64,000 bases of DNA from Trichoplax adhaerens. Taxonomy: Eukaryota; Animalia; Placozoa. Shown here piece after piece: positions 36,496-51,400 of this stretch. Made by a program: the position numbers and the translations under genes. The notes under the pieces were generated by a model. That model saw nothing but the letters and a program-made list of their open reading frames with translations. It had not been told where the DNA came from and searched no databases. The stretch covers positions 2,627,172-2,691,171 of the forward strand of contig NW_002060945.1 in the NCBI RefSeq assembly GCF_000150275.1, in the 5' to 3' direction. Positions within the stretch are counted from its first letter, which is position 1, and every line of letters starts with the position of its first letter.

Positions 36496-39400
36496 TTAGA
36501 AGCTGCGCGTAACGAATAGTGATATTAATGCAACATGCAATAAAGCAAAATAAATAACAACCCAGATTCTATTCGTTGGTAAGTGCCGCAATTGCCGTCG
36601 GATATTACTAAAGCGATTAAAGCAAAATTCGCAAAGTCAATTACAATTTTCTAGCATATTTAAAGGCTTAAAAAAATCAACATGTGCATAATATTAATGC
36701 AATAGTTACCGTTTCAATCGTGGCCAAGAGTTATATTTCATTTGTTTCGTAACTTTTTGCACTGACATTAAAAGCAAGAATTGCTTAGGACTAAAAATCT
36801 TAATTGCATGATCATAATCTACAAAAGAAAACCAAAACAAAAGCATACATAGGCTTGCTTCAGGTGAGTCAATGATTTCCATTTCATTGTCATCTTCTTC
36901 ATCCATGTTAATAAATACCTATAAAATTTCATAAAATTTCTGGTTTATTACCTCGTAAAATTGAATTATCAAATTTTGATATTGAGCGGTATAAATCAAC
37001 GCGGAAACATCGCATTTAAAACTTTGTTCCGAGAGCGCTCACCTCTCGATTCTCAAATGAAGGCGTAACATAAACAGCCAGCTCATCCTTAGTTTTCTGA
37101 AGTGATTCTTCAGCATTTATCCTTCTATCTTGTTCCATCTGTAAACGTTCCTAAAATAATTTGATAGATTAAAGAATATAGCACATACACCTTAATTAAT
37201 TTTTAGAATGGAGCTTATTACTTGTAGTTCATCCATCTTCCTTAGCAGATCATTCTGCATTTCTGTATACTGAAGCCTATGCAAGTATAGTGCAATTCAA
37301 AGGGAATCAGCGACTGAATCACAACAAGTTAAGCAAGGCATATGCCATGGTACGATAGAATGTTCTACCTTTCATTTACTATTGACGCATCTGGTAATAG
37401 TTTAACTTGACCATCAATTATATCTGTTAGAGAAAAAGTATAGAAATTTTAATAGACTATCGCATTAGGACATTTCTTGTTACTAAGTCACCTTACATGT
37501 GAAGAGGCTAGTCAAGTAACACTTAAAGAACGAACCTTTAGCAGCAGAGTTTCTTGGCTCTCCACTGTCTAACGGGCTCAAGGATCCTTCCTAACGTTTA
37601 CAGAAATTTCAAATAACAATCAGTTTGTAGGAAGCTAAAGTATAACAGTATATTAATATAGGAAAAACAAATATTATTTTAACTTACAACACTTTTTGAA
37701 GTTATAATAGCTTCATTAATCATAATAGAGTTATCAGGCTCGCTGCTTCCATTCAAGTTACCAAAAAGAGCATATTTAATTCATTAATAACAAAATTATG
37801 TTGAAAGTTTAATGAAGAACTCTACCTTAACTTCTGTTGACTTTTAGCACTTTCATAATTCTTTAATAACGATAGAGCCTAGATAAAGATTTAAATCGAA
37901 CTAGAATTAAAGATCTATATCTACAGCACCTAAAAATGGCAAATACTTACCTCAATCTCAGCTACTAATCCTTCAATTCTTTCATTTTGATAATCAACAA
38001 TTCCTTGCATACGATCGCATTCGTCAATTTTCTGCTTGCAAATCTCTTCAGCGTCAACTAGCTGCTTCTTGAGGTCTTCGTTTGATTGATTCAATGAAGC
38101 CAAATTACTACGATGTTGATCTTTACCAATTTCTTGGTTACTCTCAATATGAGCCATAACCGTATTAACCTGCTGCTGTAAGTGGTCTCGTTCTTCTAAT
38201 ACAAGTTGATAATCATTCTGCAATACATCATATCGATCTATATGTGAAACATTATTAGAGTTTTCCTGCTCTAGTAAGAACTTTAGAGATGAAATTTCCC
38301 TACGTAGTCCGGACTCAACAGCAGCTTTCTGATGTAGCTGTGTTATCATTTCTTCCCTTTCCATAACATTCTGACGGAGATTTTCGTTAAGCTCTTGAAA
38401 CTGATTATGCAAATTCTCTACTTCCTTTTGTAATAACTTGTTTTCTGACAAGTAATCATTAATTTTAACCATATATTCATCTCTTTCTAAAAGAATTCTT
38501 GATTTTTCATCAACATGAAAGGCATTTTCTTGTTGAACAGTTTCAAAAGAATTCTCTAATAGCGAATACTTAGATTGTTCGTCTTGTAATTGACTTAATA
38601 ATCTGGAATTCTCTTCCAAAATTCGTTCACAGCTGGCATTTAGTACCTCTAGATCGCACCTTTGCTGTACTAGCTCATCCGTGAGTGTTTTATTTTCTTT
38701 GTAATACTTATCATTGGAAACTCCTATTTTGCTAATCTCAGAATTCTTACCGTCAACCTCCGATTTTAATGTCTCCGATAAGTCTCGATAATTACTTATT
38801 TGATCCTCTAGATTATTAATTTTATTATCTTTTATAGAAAGCTCGTCGACTACACTATCATATCTGGCACTTAAGCTTCGATAGTTATTTTCTAACTTCT
38901 TCATTTTATCCTGGCATTCATTATAGCGATTATCAAGTTCCGTATATTGCAACTTAAAACGTTTTTCGGATTCATCAACATCCTTTTTTAGATTTTGGTA
39001 CGAATTCTTCGAGTCAGACATCTCCTTTTGGTATTTATCTCTATCTTTACGAATAGAATTCAATTCTTGTAGCAATTCGTTATTGGATTCAACAAGTACC
39101 TGAAGTTTAGGTAACAAACTTTTCTCATTTGCTGTAATTTCAGCTTTTGCTTCACTGATATGATCGTAACATTCATCATCCTTCTTTGTCAATTGGTTAC
39201 TATCCGAAGTTGTCTGAATTAATTCCCGTTCTAACATACAATCTTGCATAGCTGGATTGTGAATATCATTGGTGTACTCTGATTTCGACTTTCGTGACTC
39301 ATACCAGCTTTCTAGAACAGCTCTTGCTTCAGTAAGTGATGCGTCCGTCTCTTTAGTGGAAGAAAGTTGAGCGGCTAATCCTTCATTTTGGGACCGAAGG

Positions 39401-42400
39401 TGTTGAATTTCTTTTTTACATTCTTTTAAATCAGTTGATAATGCAATAAATTTTTGCTTAGCAGTATTCAGTCTTGAGGATAGTCGTTTATTCTCGTTAC
39501 CTAAGTAATTATTTTCCTCCTGTATTTCATTTAACTGACACAATTTAGCCCGCTTATCTTCAATCTCTACTGCTAATGATTCTTGATCCTTCAGTCCTTT
39601 TTCAACTTGTTGCTCATAAGAAATTAATTTGTCGGAGTAACTAGATGACTGATCTTGCAGTCTTTGCAAGTCGGTACGACATTCTTCCAACTCTAATAGA
39701 GTGTTATTGTGATTTTTACGCAGCGCTGCCATCTCGCTATCATACTTAGACCGTATTTCATCATAATCTTTTCCCAACATATGATACGTCATTGACAAAT
39801 TTTGAATGTCGTCTACCTTAGCACTTAGTTCCAATTTCAACTCTTCAATAACCAGATCTCTTCCATTAACTACTTCATTCAATTTAATGATTTCTTCTTT
39901 ATAATTTTCAACTTCATTACGATATTCCTCTAAATTGCTATCGTGTTTGGCTTTAAGTAATTGTATTTCGGACACAACGCTGTCATAATCTGTGTGTACA
40001 GCCTGTAATTCAGCATCCTTTAATTGCATTAATTTGGTCATATTGGCTTGTTCTTCTTTTATCTCACATATTATATCTTTTAAATTGGTATTCTCAGCAT
40101 TTCTCTCTACTAAATCATTAGCAATCGCATCTCGTTCTGTAGACGTTTTTTCTAATAAACTGTCTTTTTCTTTCATCATGCTATCAAATTGACCCTTTTC
40201 TATTTGGAACATTTCTATTTGTTTATCCTGAGTTTCGGTTAGATGAGCACGGCCATTTTCTAATTCATCTATCTTCATTTGTAAATTGCTATTCTTATTT
40301 TTAAATTCTTCAGCTTTAGCTTTATGTAGCTGCAATTCCTCCTTGAGAGAACTAAACATTTGCTTAGCTTTACGAAGTTTAATCGCTAACTGCTCCTTTT
40401 CGTTGGTTATTCCTTCTATTTTAGCTTCATATTCTTTACACTGAAGTAGTTTTTCTTGTAAGGCATCAATTTCTCTAGCTACTAACTCTTTTTGTTGATG
40501 CTGTACCTCTAATTCACTTTGCAAATTGCGAACATTGTCCTGTTGTTCATTACGCTCTCTAACAGTATCGTTTACTTGTTTCTGTAATCCAGATACCTCA
40601 TCCATTGAAGCTGACAACTGTGCTTCTAATTCTGTTACCTTATTTTGGAAACTTGATGACATATCATTAAACGAACATTCGAAATCAGCTTTTGAAAGTT
40701 CTAATCGAGATATAACGCTATCATAGTCTTTACGCAGAACTTCAAGTTCTGAAACTTTTGCATTTATTTCGTGGACCGTACTATTTTGTTTCTCTTCCAA
40801 TTTATGTATCATATTTGTCAAACTTTTATTCTCAAGCTCCTTTTCTTCCAAACTTTTCGCCACACTGCTTCGCTCCACTAGAGAGCTTTCTAATAATTCA
40901 TCTTTTTCTTTTATTACACTCTCAATTTGACCCTTTTCGTTTTCAAATTCTTCCAGTTGCTTTGCTTGAGTATCAATAACTTGAGTATATTTACTTTCCA
41001 AGACGTCTACTCTAGATTGTAGATCAATGTTTTCCTTCCTATATCCTTCAGTTTCAGATTTTTGATGTATTAACTCTTTCTTAAGATTACTGAGGACTTG
41101 CTTAGCCTTATTTAATTTATTGACTAACTGCTCATTTTCTTTGGTTAAATTATCAAACTTTTCTGTGTGATCTTTATATTCTAGCAATTTCTCCTGAAAT
41201 AAATCGTTTTCTTTGGCCAGCAATTCCTTTTCATTACGTTCTATTTCGATTCCTCTTTCTAAATTTAATATTTGCTCATGCAAGCATTTGCGACTTGCAA
41301 CAACATCATCTGCCTCCTGTCGTAATTTAGATATTTCGGATACTGAATCGTGTAACTGATTTTGCAATTCTGCTACCTGAATTTGCAAACTGGACGACAT
41401 ATTTTCCAATGAAGTTTCATGAGCACTTTTTGATAACTCAAACTGAGATAAAACATTTTTGTAATCGACACGTAGAGCTTCCAGTTCCGAATCTTTCACT
41501 TTTATTTGATTTGTCGTAGTCTTTTGCTCTTCTTCCAATCCTTGCAGCGTAGTTGTCAAACGAGCACTTTCTGTACATTTCTCAGCTAGATCGTTAGTAA
41601 TTCTATCACGTTCTAATATAGATTTTTCCAACAAGTCGTCCTTTTCCTTTAAAAGACAATCTAAACAGGCCTTTTCATTTTGAAACTCATCTGCTTGCTT
41701 ATTTTGAGTATCAATAAGACGTGCGCAATCTGATTCCAAGAAATCTATCCTAGATTGTAGACTAGTATTCTTGTCTTTAAATTCTTCCAACTCAGATTTC
41801 TTATGTTGCAACTCCTTCTTTAGGGAATTAAGCATTTGTTTGGCTTTACTTAATTTAATAACTAGTTGTTCATTTTCACTAGTCGTATGAGCTAATTTTG
41901 CTTCATAGTCTTTATACTCTAGTAATTTAATTTGAAAAATATCATTTTCCTTTGCTAACAATTCCTTTTCTTGACATTCAGCTTCTATCTCTTTGTGTAG
42001 AATACAATTTCGATCTTGTAGCTCGTCACGCTCTCTTACAGTATCATCTAGTTTCTGACGTAATGTAGATATTTCATCCACTGATTCCGATAGTTGGTTT
42101 TCTACTTTAGCTAGTTTATGTTGAAGGTCAGCAGATAAATTCTTTATCGAAGAATCATAATCAGCTTGTGACAATTCCAATGACTGCAAAGCGTGACGAT
42201 AGTTTGATTGTACAGTGTCAAGTTCAGAATCCTTATGCTCTAATCTCACTCTCATATCTTCCAATTCTTCTTCCATCTTTCTTAGCGAATGCTCTAGATT
42301 ACCATTCGCTATACGATTCTCTTCCAAAGTAGTATTAATATTGTCTCTTTCAGTCATAGATTTTTCGAGCAAATTATCTTTTTCTCTAATGATGCCATTA

Positions 42401-45400
42401 AGATGTTCTTTTTCATTTTCAAACTCTAGCATCCGATTACGTTTATCATCACTAATGCTAGCACATTCATCTTCTAGGCATTTAATCTTATGATTAAACT
42501 TTATATTTTCATCTTTGTATTCTTCGACTTCAGATTTCTGATGTTGTAGCTCTTTTTTAAGAGAGTTTATCAATTGTTTAGCTTTGTTAAATTTACTTAA
42601 TACTACTTCCTTCTCATTAGTTACTTCATTCAGTTTTATTTCGTACTCTTCTTGTTTCACTAATTTTTCTTGTAGAGAGTTTGTTTTTTCCACCAACAAC
42701 TTATTGTTGTCAAGTTGTGCTTTTAGCTTGTCCTCGAAATTACAAATATCTTCTTGTAATGCATCATGTCGCACACGAGTCTGTAGAAATTGTTCTTTAG
42801 TGTCAAGTAATTCATCTATAGTGGTGAAGAGCAGAACTTCCAACCGCATTACTCCAGACTCAAGTTTACCAGCTTGGTAAGTGTCCGCATGTGAATGTGT
42901 CTTTTCCTCTGTTATCTTTGAATCACTAGCATTTGCAGCTGGCAATACGTCCTCAGCAGCATCTAAATCTGCCGCAGTCTTTGCAACGGATAGAAATTGG
43001 TTGCCTTCCGTTACTGATTCATTGTCACTGGATTTGGACACAAAGTTTGCTATCTTAACCTTGTGATTATCGAGTTTAGAAAATATTACATCGATTTTTT
43101 CCTCAGCTATTGTAATAACTTTTTGAAATATCTCCAGTTGCTGCGTTTGTTCTGATAAATGTCCTTCCAAAACAGCGATCTTTTCATCTTTTAATATGAT
43201 ATCATCCTTGTATTTAGTTAATTTTTTATTTATAACTTTCAACGCATTATCAAGTACTTTTTTCTCTTCTATTATCTCACTCGTTTCAATGATTTGTTCT
43301 TTTATCTTATTGCTATCATTTTCAGCTGCTTCCAGTTGGTGGTTTAAGTAAATAATCTTGTCATCTTTTTCCTTCAACAAGTTAACATTTTCATTCAATA
43401 GTCTTTCTTTTTCTTCAAGTGCATCTTGAGCTCTCAGTAATTCTAAATTTCCAGCTTCATTCTCCTTTGCTAAAATATTACGTTCATTTCTTAACTTAGA
43501 TTTTAAGCCTTCAACTTCCGAAGTTTTCTCCTTCAATTCTACTTTCAAGCATGTGATAATATCATCAGCTTGTGAAATCGTTTTTATCTTTTCATCAGCT
43601 TCATGTCCTAATGTAATAACTTCATACGTCTTCGCGCTTAATTCTTTCTCTATATCCTTCAGTCGTTCCTTTAGACTTTCAATATGCTCTGTCGAATGGC
43701 GATCCCGCTCGTCTAATTCCTTGTTTACTTTACTTATTTTTACAAGTTCAGAAGATATCTTTTCAAAATCATCCCTGACACTTGGTAACTCGATATTAGC
43801 TTTCTGGTCTAGCTCAGCGAGTAAATCATTCTTTGAGCGTAATTCGACTGTTAGTAATTCTTGTTCCTTGATACTATTAAAAATGGAATTATTCCTTTCA
43901 GCTAATACTGACTCAAATTCAGCCCTTTTATCAATCAATTCTTGCTTCATGGAGGTGATCAATTCTTTCGCAGATTGAAGTTCTTCCAAAGCCTTTAATT
44001 CAGCTGTATTACTATTTTCTAACGCTTTTTTGATTTCAGAATGTTTCTGTCGTAAAGAACTTAATTCAGATTTAGTATCACTTAGTTGCTGCTGCGTTGT
44101 GACTAATAATGATTCTTTAATGGACAAAGTATCTGTTACTTCATATTGGTAACTTGAATAACGTAATTTAACGCTTTCAAGTTCTTTTAATTGAAGGGTG
44201 AGATCATCTTCTAATGCGAAAATTCTTTCATTACGCTTTTCTAGCTGTTGTTGTAACGATGCCACTTCCTCTTCCATATCATTCAGTTGTTCAAAAAGTG
44301 ATTGCATTCTTTCTGTTGACACTTTCTTTTCCATCATGTAGTTGTCTTTCAAAGAAAACAACTTATCATCAGCTTTCCTAAGGTTGATTTCTTTTTCGTC
44401 AACTGCAACACTCAGTTCATGGATAGAAATCTCATTTTTAGTTATTTCTGATTTTAACATTTCAATAGACTCTTCTTGAACTTTTACTTGGGTAGTTAAG
44501 CGTTCAATTTCAGTGTTTAAATTATTTCTTTCCGTTATAAGAACTTCAAGTTCAGATAGCTTGCCAGAATTATCTGAAGTTAGTAGAGCAATTTGGTCTG
44601 ATAACGATGAAATTTTATACTCTCTTTCCTTACATGTCTCAGCCATTCTCAACAACTCATTCTCTAACTTAGTTATTACTCCTTGTTTTTCATTTACTTC
44701 CACTGTTAGTACATTTAATTTCTGCAAGTTTTGCTCAAATTTTTCTTTTAAAGCACATAAACTTTGATTGGATGTATCTAATTCCAATCTTAACTCTTCT
44801 AACACTCCCGAGTTGCTATCATTGTCATGCTTTAAAGAGTCTATCTCACAATTAAGTTCTTGCTTTGATAATACCAACTTATTGATTTCATCCTCGCAAA
44901 CATTAATACGCTGTTTCCGCGCATTCAATTCGGTTAGTCTTTCCTCGGCCAGAGTTTTTAAATCGCGAACCAGTTTTGAATTTTCATCGTTTAAGTTGTC
45001 GGCGGATGCTAGACTACTTTGCAAAGTTGAGATGATGCTATCTTTCTCAGACACAATTAAAATTTTATCATTCAATTCATTTTCTAGAAGGTTGAATTTT
45101 TCTTTCATGGACGATAAATCAGATCTTACTACTGACTCTTGCTGATTAATTCTCTCATGTTCTCGTAGTAACTGATCAATACGCGACTTCTGTTCAACCT
45201 CTACTTCTCCTAATTTCTCTATTTTCCGTTCTAAAATAATTTTCTCTTGATAATTGCTATCTATGACATCATTTAATCTTTTTACTTCAGTACATTGCTT
45301 TTCGATATCATTTTTATATTCCTTTGATTTTTCTTCCAATTCACAGATATATTCATTTTTGTCTAAAAGCTCTCTTGATAATTCGGATAGTTCATGCTTA

Positions 45401-48400
45401 TAGTTATCAGCTTCTGTCTTAAATTTGTTTTGTTTTAGATTTATATCTTTCCTTACATTTGTCAATAAAGTATTAACATTTTCGTAATTAAGTCGGAGAC
45501 TCTCAGCATCTTGTTCAACATCGAAAATCTTCTGTCGCAACTGAGATATTGTCGTGTCTTTCAGATTCATCTCTTCCTTGAATTTATTCCTTTCCGCAAC
45601 AATTTCATCTTTCGTCTTGATAATTGATTCTATCTTGCTGCTACTATCTTCACTAAGAGAATCAATCTGTACTTGAAATGCCTTAATTTCTAAATTTTTG
45701 TCTTCGATCTCTTGACTTAATTCGTTTATTTCAGCATTTTTCTGTTTTAAGGAGCCCTGCAATCGTTGAATTATGCTGTCTTTATCCACACTTGCAGCTT
45801 CAAGCGCTTCTAATTTAATTGTAATTTCCTTTAGTTGAACTTGCAATTCTTCACCTTTTTCAACAGATGATTTTAGTTCATGCTTTAACTGTTTCACCGA
45901 GTCTTCCTTTGTTTTCATTACATCAGCAAGTATGTCGTTTTTTTCGCTCAAATTTTTTTCCAATGAAGCAATTATAACACTTTTTTCGTCCAACGATTTA
46001 TCCATTTTAGTTTGCAATTCATTGAGTTGGCACTTTAATAAGCCAGATTCGGCGAAAGATTCTTCAATAGAACACTGCAATTTCTCGCAATCGCCTTCCT
46101 TTACTTGAAGGGCTTCTGTTATCTGAACCACTAAGCTATCTTTCGATTCTAATAATTGATGTAAATTCGAAATTTCACTTTCTTTTTCCTCATTCTGATC
46201 GCATAAATCTAATACAGCCTGTTCTTTTTCAGCAATTTTCTGCTGGTAATCTTGAATAGCTAACTCACTTTCAGCAAGGGCAGTATTTCCACTTTGTAAC
46301 TGATCATTAATTGAATTGACTGTTAGAGTTAATTCTTCGATTACGTTATCCTTTTGTATTAATTTCTCTTCGCACTCTTGCAATCTTTGCTCAAGTTGAT
46401 AACGACGATCTTTGGAGCTCTCTATATCTAACCGTGACGATGCTAACTGACTGTCGAGATTATTCTTTGCTTCGTAAAGAGAATTTATTTCCTCCTTTAA
46501 CTTATCTCTTTCGTTTGATAAAGCCCTCAAACTTTCCTCTAAATTACGATTTTTTTCCTCCAACATACTAATCTTATCTGTTAAGAGATGATTACAAGAT
46601 TCTGCACCGGCTATACTTTGCTTATAGCTGGAGATAGCGCTAGATAATTCCTTAATTGTTGCAAGTCCTTGATTTCGTTCGTCAATAAGTGATCTTACTT
46701 TTATATTCCAATCATCCAGCTTTCGAGAGTCTAGATCTTTTTCATATTCTAATTCGGAAACTTTTTCCTTTAATTTAGACATCTCTTCTTGATAACCCAA
46801 TAATCTCTCATCAAGAAGTGTTAAACTACTTTTAGCCTTCTGAAATTGACTTTCTAAAGATGTCTTATTTGATTCAATATTTTGTAGTTTACTATCTCGT
46901 TCAATCAGTAGCATTTTTGTTTCTTCATAATTATTCTTAATATTATCCATCTCCGCCGCAATCGCTATATTTTTCTTTTTATATGCTTCGTTTTCAGCTG
47001 ATAATTTATCTAGCGCTTCGTCAGTTGACACTATCTTAGCTTTTGCGTCTTGTAGACTATTTTGTGAAGTTTCTATATTCCCCTTTAAATCATCGCGTTC
47101 AGCACAAAGTTCATTGTACTTTTGTTGCAGGATCATTTTATCGTCATAATTTTTTGAAAGATCGCCCTGAATATTATCTAATCGAGAACGATTATCTCGA
47201 TACTCTGTATCAAGTGAGTGATAAGAGCGCTCAAGATTTTCATATTTATTTTCTAATAATGATAAATTAGAATTTACTCTCCTGCGTTCTTCTTGTTCTT
47301 GCAATAAAATGTCTTGGTGTTGCTGGAGTTGTTGCTTAAGATTTTGATTACCTTCAACTAAGGCGTTATTTTCCCTAACAAAATACTCGTATTCATCTTT
47401 AAGTCGTTCATTTTCATCAATGGCATTATCCCTCTGCTCTTGCATCAACATTAAGGAATTATTCCACTCGTTTATATCGGATGCAGTTATTTGTTCATTT
47501 GGATTTGTAGAGAATTCATTTTGCAAACTTTCAATTTCCTCTCTTAATTGAGTAACTTGTGATCTAAGAAACAAATTTTCTTCTAGAGCAGCACTTCTTT
47601 CTTCAGTAACTTCATCCAGTTGACCAGTAATTTCAACAATTTTACTGCTAAATTCACGAATTATGGCATCTGCTGTAGCATCAAAATAAAGTGAATCTTC
47701 ACGTGATTTTGTTTTTAAATTCATATCATCATCTTCTTCTTTCGTACTATCACCACGATCTTTAGATATTAAAGTATCATGAAGTTTAGATAATTCTGTA
47801 ACTAATCGCTTTCGTTCATCTTCGCTATTTACTAAATTATCAGTAATTTCGTGATTGGCCAATTCTAAATCAGCTATTTTCTGTTTCAATCCTTCAAATT
47901 CCGAATTAATGTCGTTTTCATCGTTCGCTGATTTTGCTAAACTACTAGTAACCTTTTCATTTTCAGACTGTAAATCTTTAATTTTATTTTGTAGCTCTTC
48001 GTTCTATAAATATTGAGAATGTATTAGCTAAAATTTTTCCAACGTCATTTTATGGTATTAATATTATTATAACTTACTTTTGATTTCGCTTGTGCTCGGA
48101 GCTTGATAAACTTCGCATTACCCCTTTTAACTTCTAATTCTAATTCTGCAATTTTTTCTTTAAACGTTAATATGTCAGCATTATCTTTCGTACCGTCGTT
48201 AATATTTTCAGGCTGATCTATAATAAATATATGATCCATAGATTTATTAGCTTGAAAGGTATGCTTCCAGCTTGATACTACTATACGGAAAGTATTTTCT
48301 ATACCATTATTTTTTGAATTGGAGGTCGAATTATCCGCTTCCATCTTACTCATCTTCATATCATTTAGTTCTTTCTGTAGCATTTCAATGATTTTATCTT

Positions 48401-51400
48401 TAGCATTAAGCATTTCAGACAATTCAACAGTTCGATCTTCAAGTTGCTTGGCTAGTCTTAGTTGATCCTCAATCATTTCGGACTTTCCTATCTCTTGTCT
48501 GAAAAGCTGTAACGCTTCGTCTTTAGCTTTAATTAAATTCTCCTTTTCCTCCAATTCTTCATTAAATCGTCGTTGTTTTTCATGCAAAGTCGCTTCTAAG
48601 TCTGCTAATTCATTTCGAAAAGTATCTTCGCTGGCTTGCATCTAAATTTAGCAAAATTGAATTTAAATTTTTTATTCAGTTTTATAAGTGTTACATAACT
48701 CGCGATATACAACACTAGTTGGCAGCAACCTAGAGCGTTAAATGCTAGAGTACGGTAGAGAACTTAGGCTATAATTAGCATTTGTTCCAATTAATGATTG
48801 ATATACCTTACTAAGTACCATATTGTATGCTTCAGTTTTATCTTCTACTTCTTTTTTAAGGAGCCCAATAACGTCTAAAAGTTCCTTCGTTGAACTGTCT
48901 TTCTTTATACTTTCTTCTCGTAAATTTTCTATTAGTTCAAAATTTGCTGTGATTGCCTATTATGGGCGATAAATAAAGTAAAAATAATCGCCTCAAAGTT
49001 GTTGCAACTAAGTTTCAATATGAAATATCATAGCAAAAGCAATACAGTATAAAATTGCTAAATCACCTCTTCTTTTTCGGAAAGTAGCTGCTCAGCAGCA
49101 GATAACTGCTCTCCTACATCAGCGACACGCATTGTGCGATCAGATAATAGCGTTGCCACCTCTTCAAGCCTAAGATCCTTTTCATGGATTGATTGCTCCA
49201 GCCCAGATACCCTTGATTCTAGAGTCCGATATTCTGTTTCTGCGCAACGAACGGACATCGGCATTTGGTACTTAGTAATTCAACTAATTTATGTTAAACG
49301 AGTATATGTCTATGGACATAAGCCGGAAGTAAAATAATACATTTAAGGATATTTAGAAAAAGTACCTTTCGATAATAGCTGATCCCTTAATTCAAGAATG
49401 GTATTTTCGTTGTTAACTTTAGTATCGGTATCAATTTTTACTCCCTGTCCTTGAGATTGCATCTCATTTTGCTTCTTTCTTTTCTCTAACATTTTTTGTT
49501 TCAAATTTGCAAACATTTTACCTTGGCCGCTAGTATTGCTATCATTCTGCATTGTCTTATCAGATTCTTTACCATTTGGATCAGTATTTGCGCTCTAAAA
49601 TAAATAGTTAAAAATCTTACATCATTAACGTGAGATATTTGTTACTGAAAGCAATGACATATTCATAGCATATAACTGTAATTGATAATAAATAATTAAT
49701 GGTAAAACAGCAGTAATAATTATGAACTGACATCATCATTCGGTAGCTTTTCCTTAAGCTTTGTTAGCTCGTTATTTAATCGAGTAATTTTCGCCTTTGC
49801 TTGCAGTGTTACAGTCTTAAGTTTTTCTTCACGGCTCTGGAGTACAAAAAAGTAATGCCATTACCATTTTAAACTACTAAGAATTCTTAATATCCGTAAA
49901 TTTTTTATCCATCCTATTTTAGCTTTGACTACATAGGTAACTACCTCAAGAGTTTTATCTCGCTCTCGTATTATGTTTTTTAACTGCTCAATTTCTTGCT
50001 TGTAATATTCTTCATTCGGCTCCGAGATAGCTAATGCTACATCCTGGAAATTCTGTGACGGTAGCTAAGAAAAGATATTGTATAAGTAATAAATGCATTA
50101 CATTAACATTATCGGCGAAAACTTTTAATACCAATCGATCAAATTGAATACTTCTACACAGTATTTTTCATATTGAAATAATCATAGTAAATAATTACTG
50201 TTGTATTCCTGATGAGAGATTTCTAAGGGACGTTTAGCCATTAAAGTTAGATATCAGGATATATTATATTGCATACAGAAATTTTAAGTTATGTTTTGAC
50301 GACCGTTGAATTGGATAAAATTTGTCGGTAGAATTCTAACATACTGTATATATAGCAATATATCCTGGTTAATTGAGCTCGTTAGAGTCTAATTGTTACT
50401 GCGTTTGAATGGTAAATTTAGCTAAAGGTAACTATTGAGACGAAAACTATAACAATGTATGCTGTTGATTTAACGTGCCTCACAGATAAAGCATTCATTG
50501 AGGGAGCCGCCGTAAATAAGCGCACACATATTGCGCCGTGTTACTAACACCAACAAAGTGTAATCTGTATTTCTTGACGAACACTAAGGTGTTGTATACA
50601 TAATTCTATAAAATTATCGAAATTCTAAACACCATTGATTGTTTATATTCGTAATCATGATAGCGTCGATATTACGATTTGGTCCAATTTGATAAAATCA
50701 ATTAAGTTTGAGATCTTAAAAGCATAGATTTGAGATAACTAGACAAAGAGAGGCTGAATTTAAAAAATAAGCGAAGTAAATAGCTTAGCGTCATCATTTA
50801 TTCGACTGAATTTTTGAGCATTTCTACGATAAATACATCTCTTTGCTCGATTATTACGGTCCATTTATGGATACGCTACCACATTATCTAATTGAATCTA
50901 TTGAGCTTATAATATTTTAAAAGAGCGTCTGATTTATCATGTTTCAAATAAATTCTGTAGTTATATAAGGATAATCAGTCTGTAATATACGGCCGGTACA
51001 TAGTTTCAAAAATAAAGTGATGATTATTATGCATTAAGCATTTTTTATGTACGCGTATGTGTGCGATTGTCCGGTATTCATCTAAGTTCTGTATTGTAGT
51101 ATACGAACTAGTGTACACTATATTACTAAAATTATATTGCTAAAACTTGAGTCATGTAGATATTACTCGTAGGTGTTTAATTATCAGATATCTAATTCAG
51201 ATTAAGTGTATGATGATTGAGATTTTGTATAGGAGTTTTATATTCTAGCATGAGTCAATGCACAGTATCCAATTTTACTAACAATCCATAAAATTACGTC
51301 GAATTTTTAAGTAATAATTTATCATAACGTATATCTAGTATAGAAGACTGTCCTTAAAAAGTGTTCAACTATCCGATTTCATAAGCTCGAAGATATAATA

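Noticed and set aside
39992-47270. Several + strand ORFs of 60-140 aa rich in S/F/L
   Set aside because: Antisense shadows of the E/K-rich golgin exon; no independent motifs.
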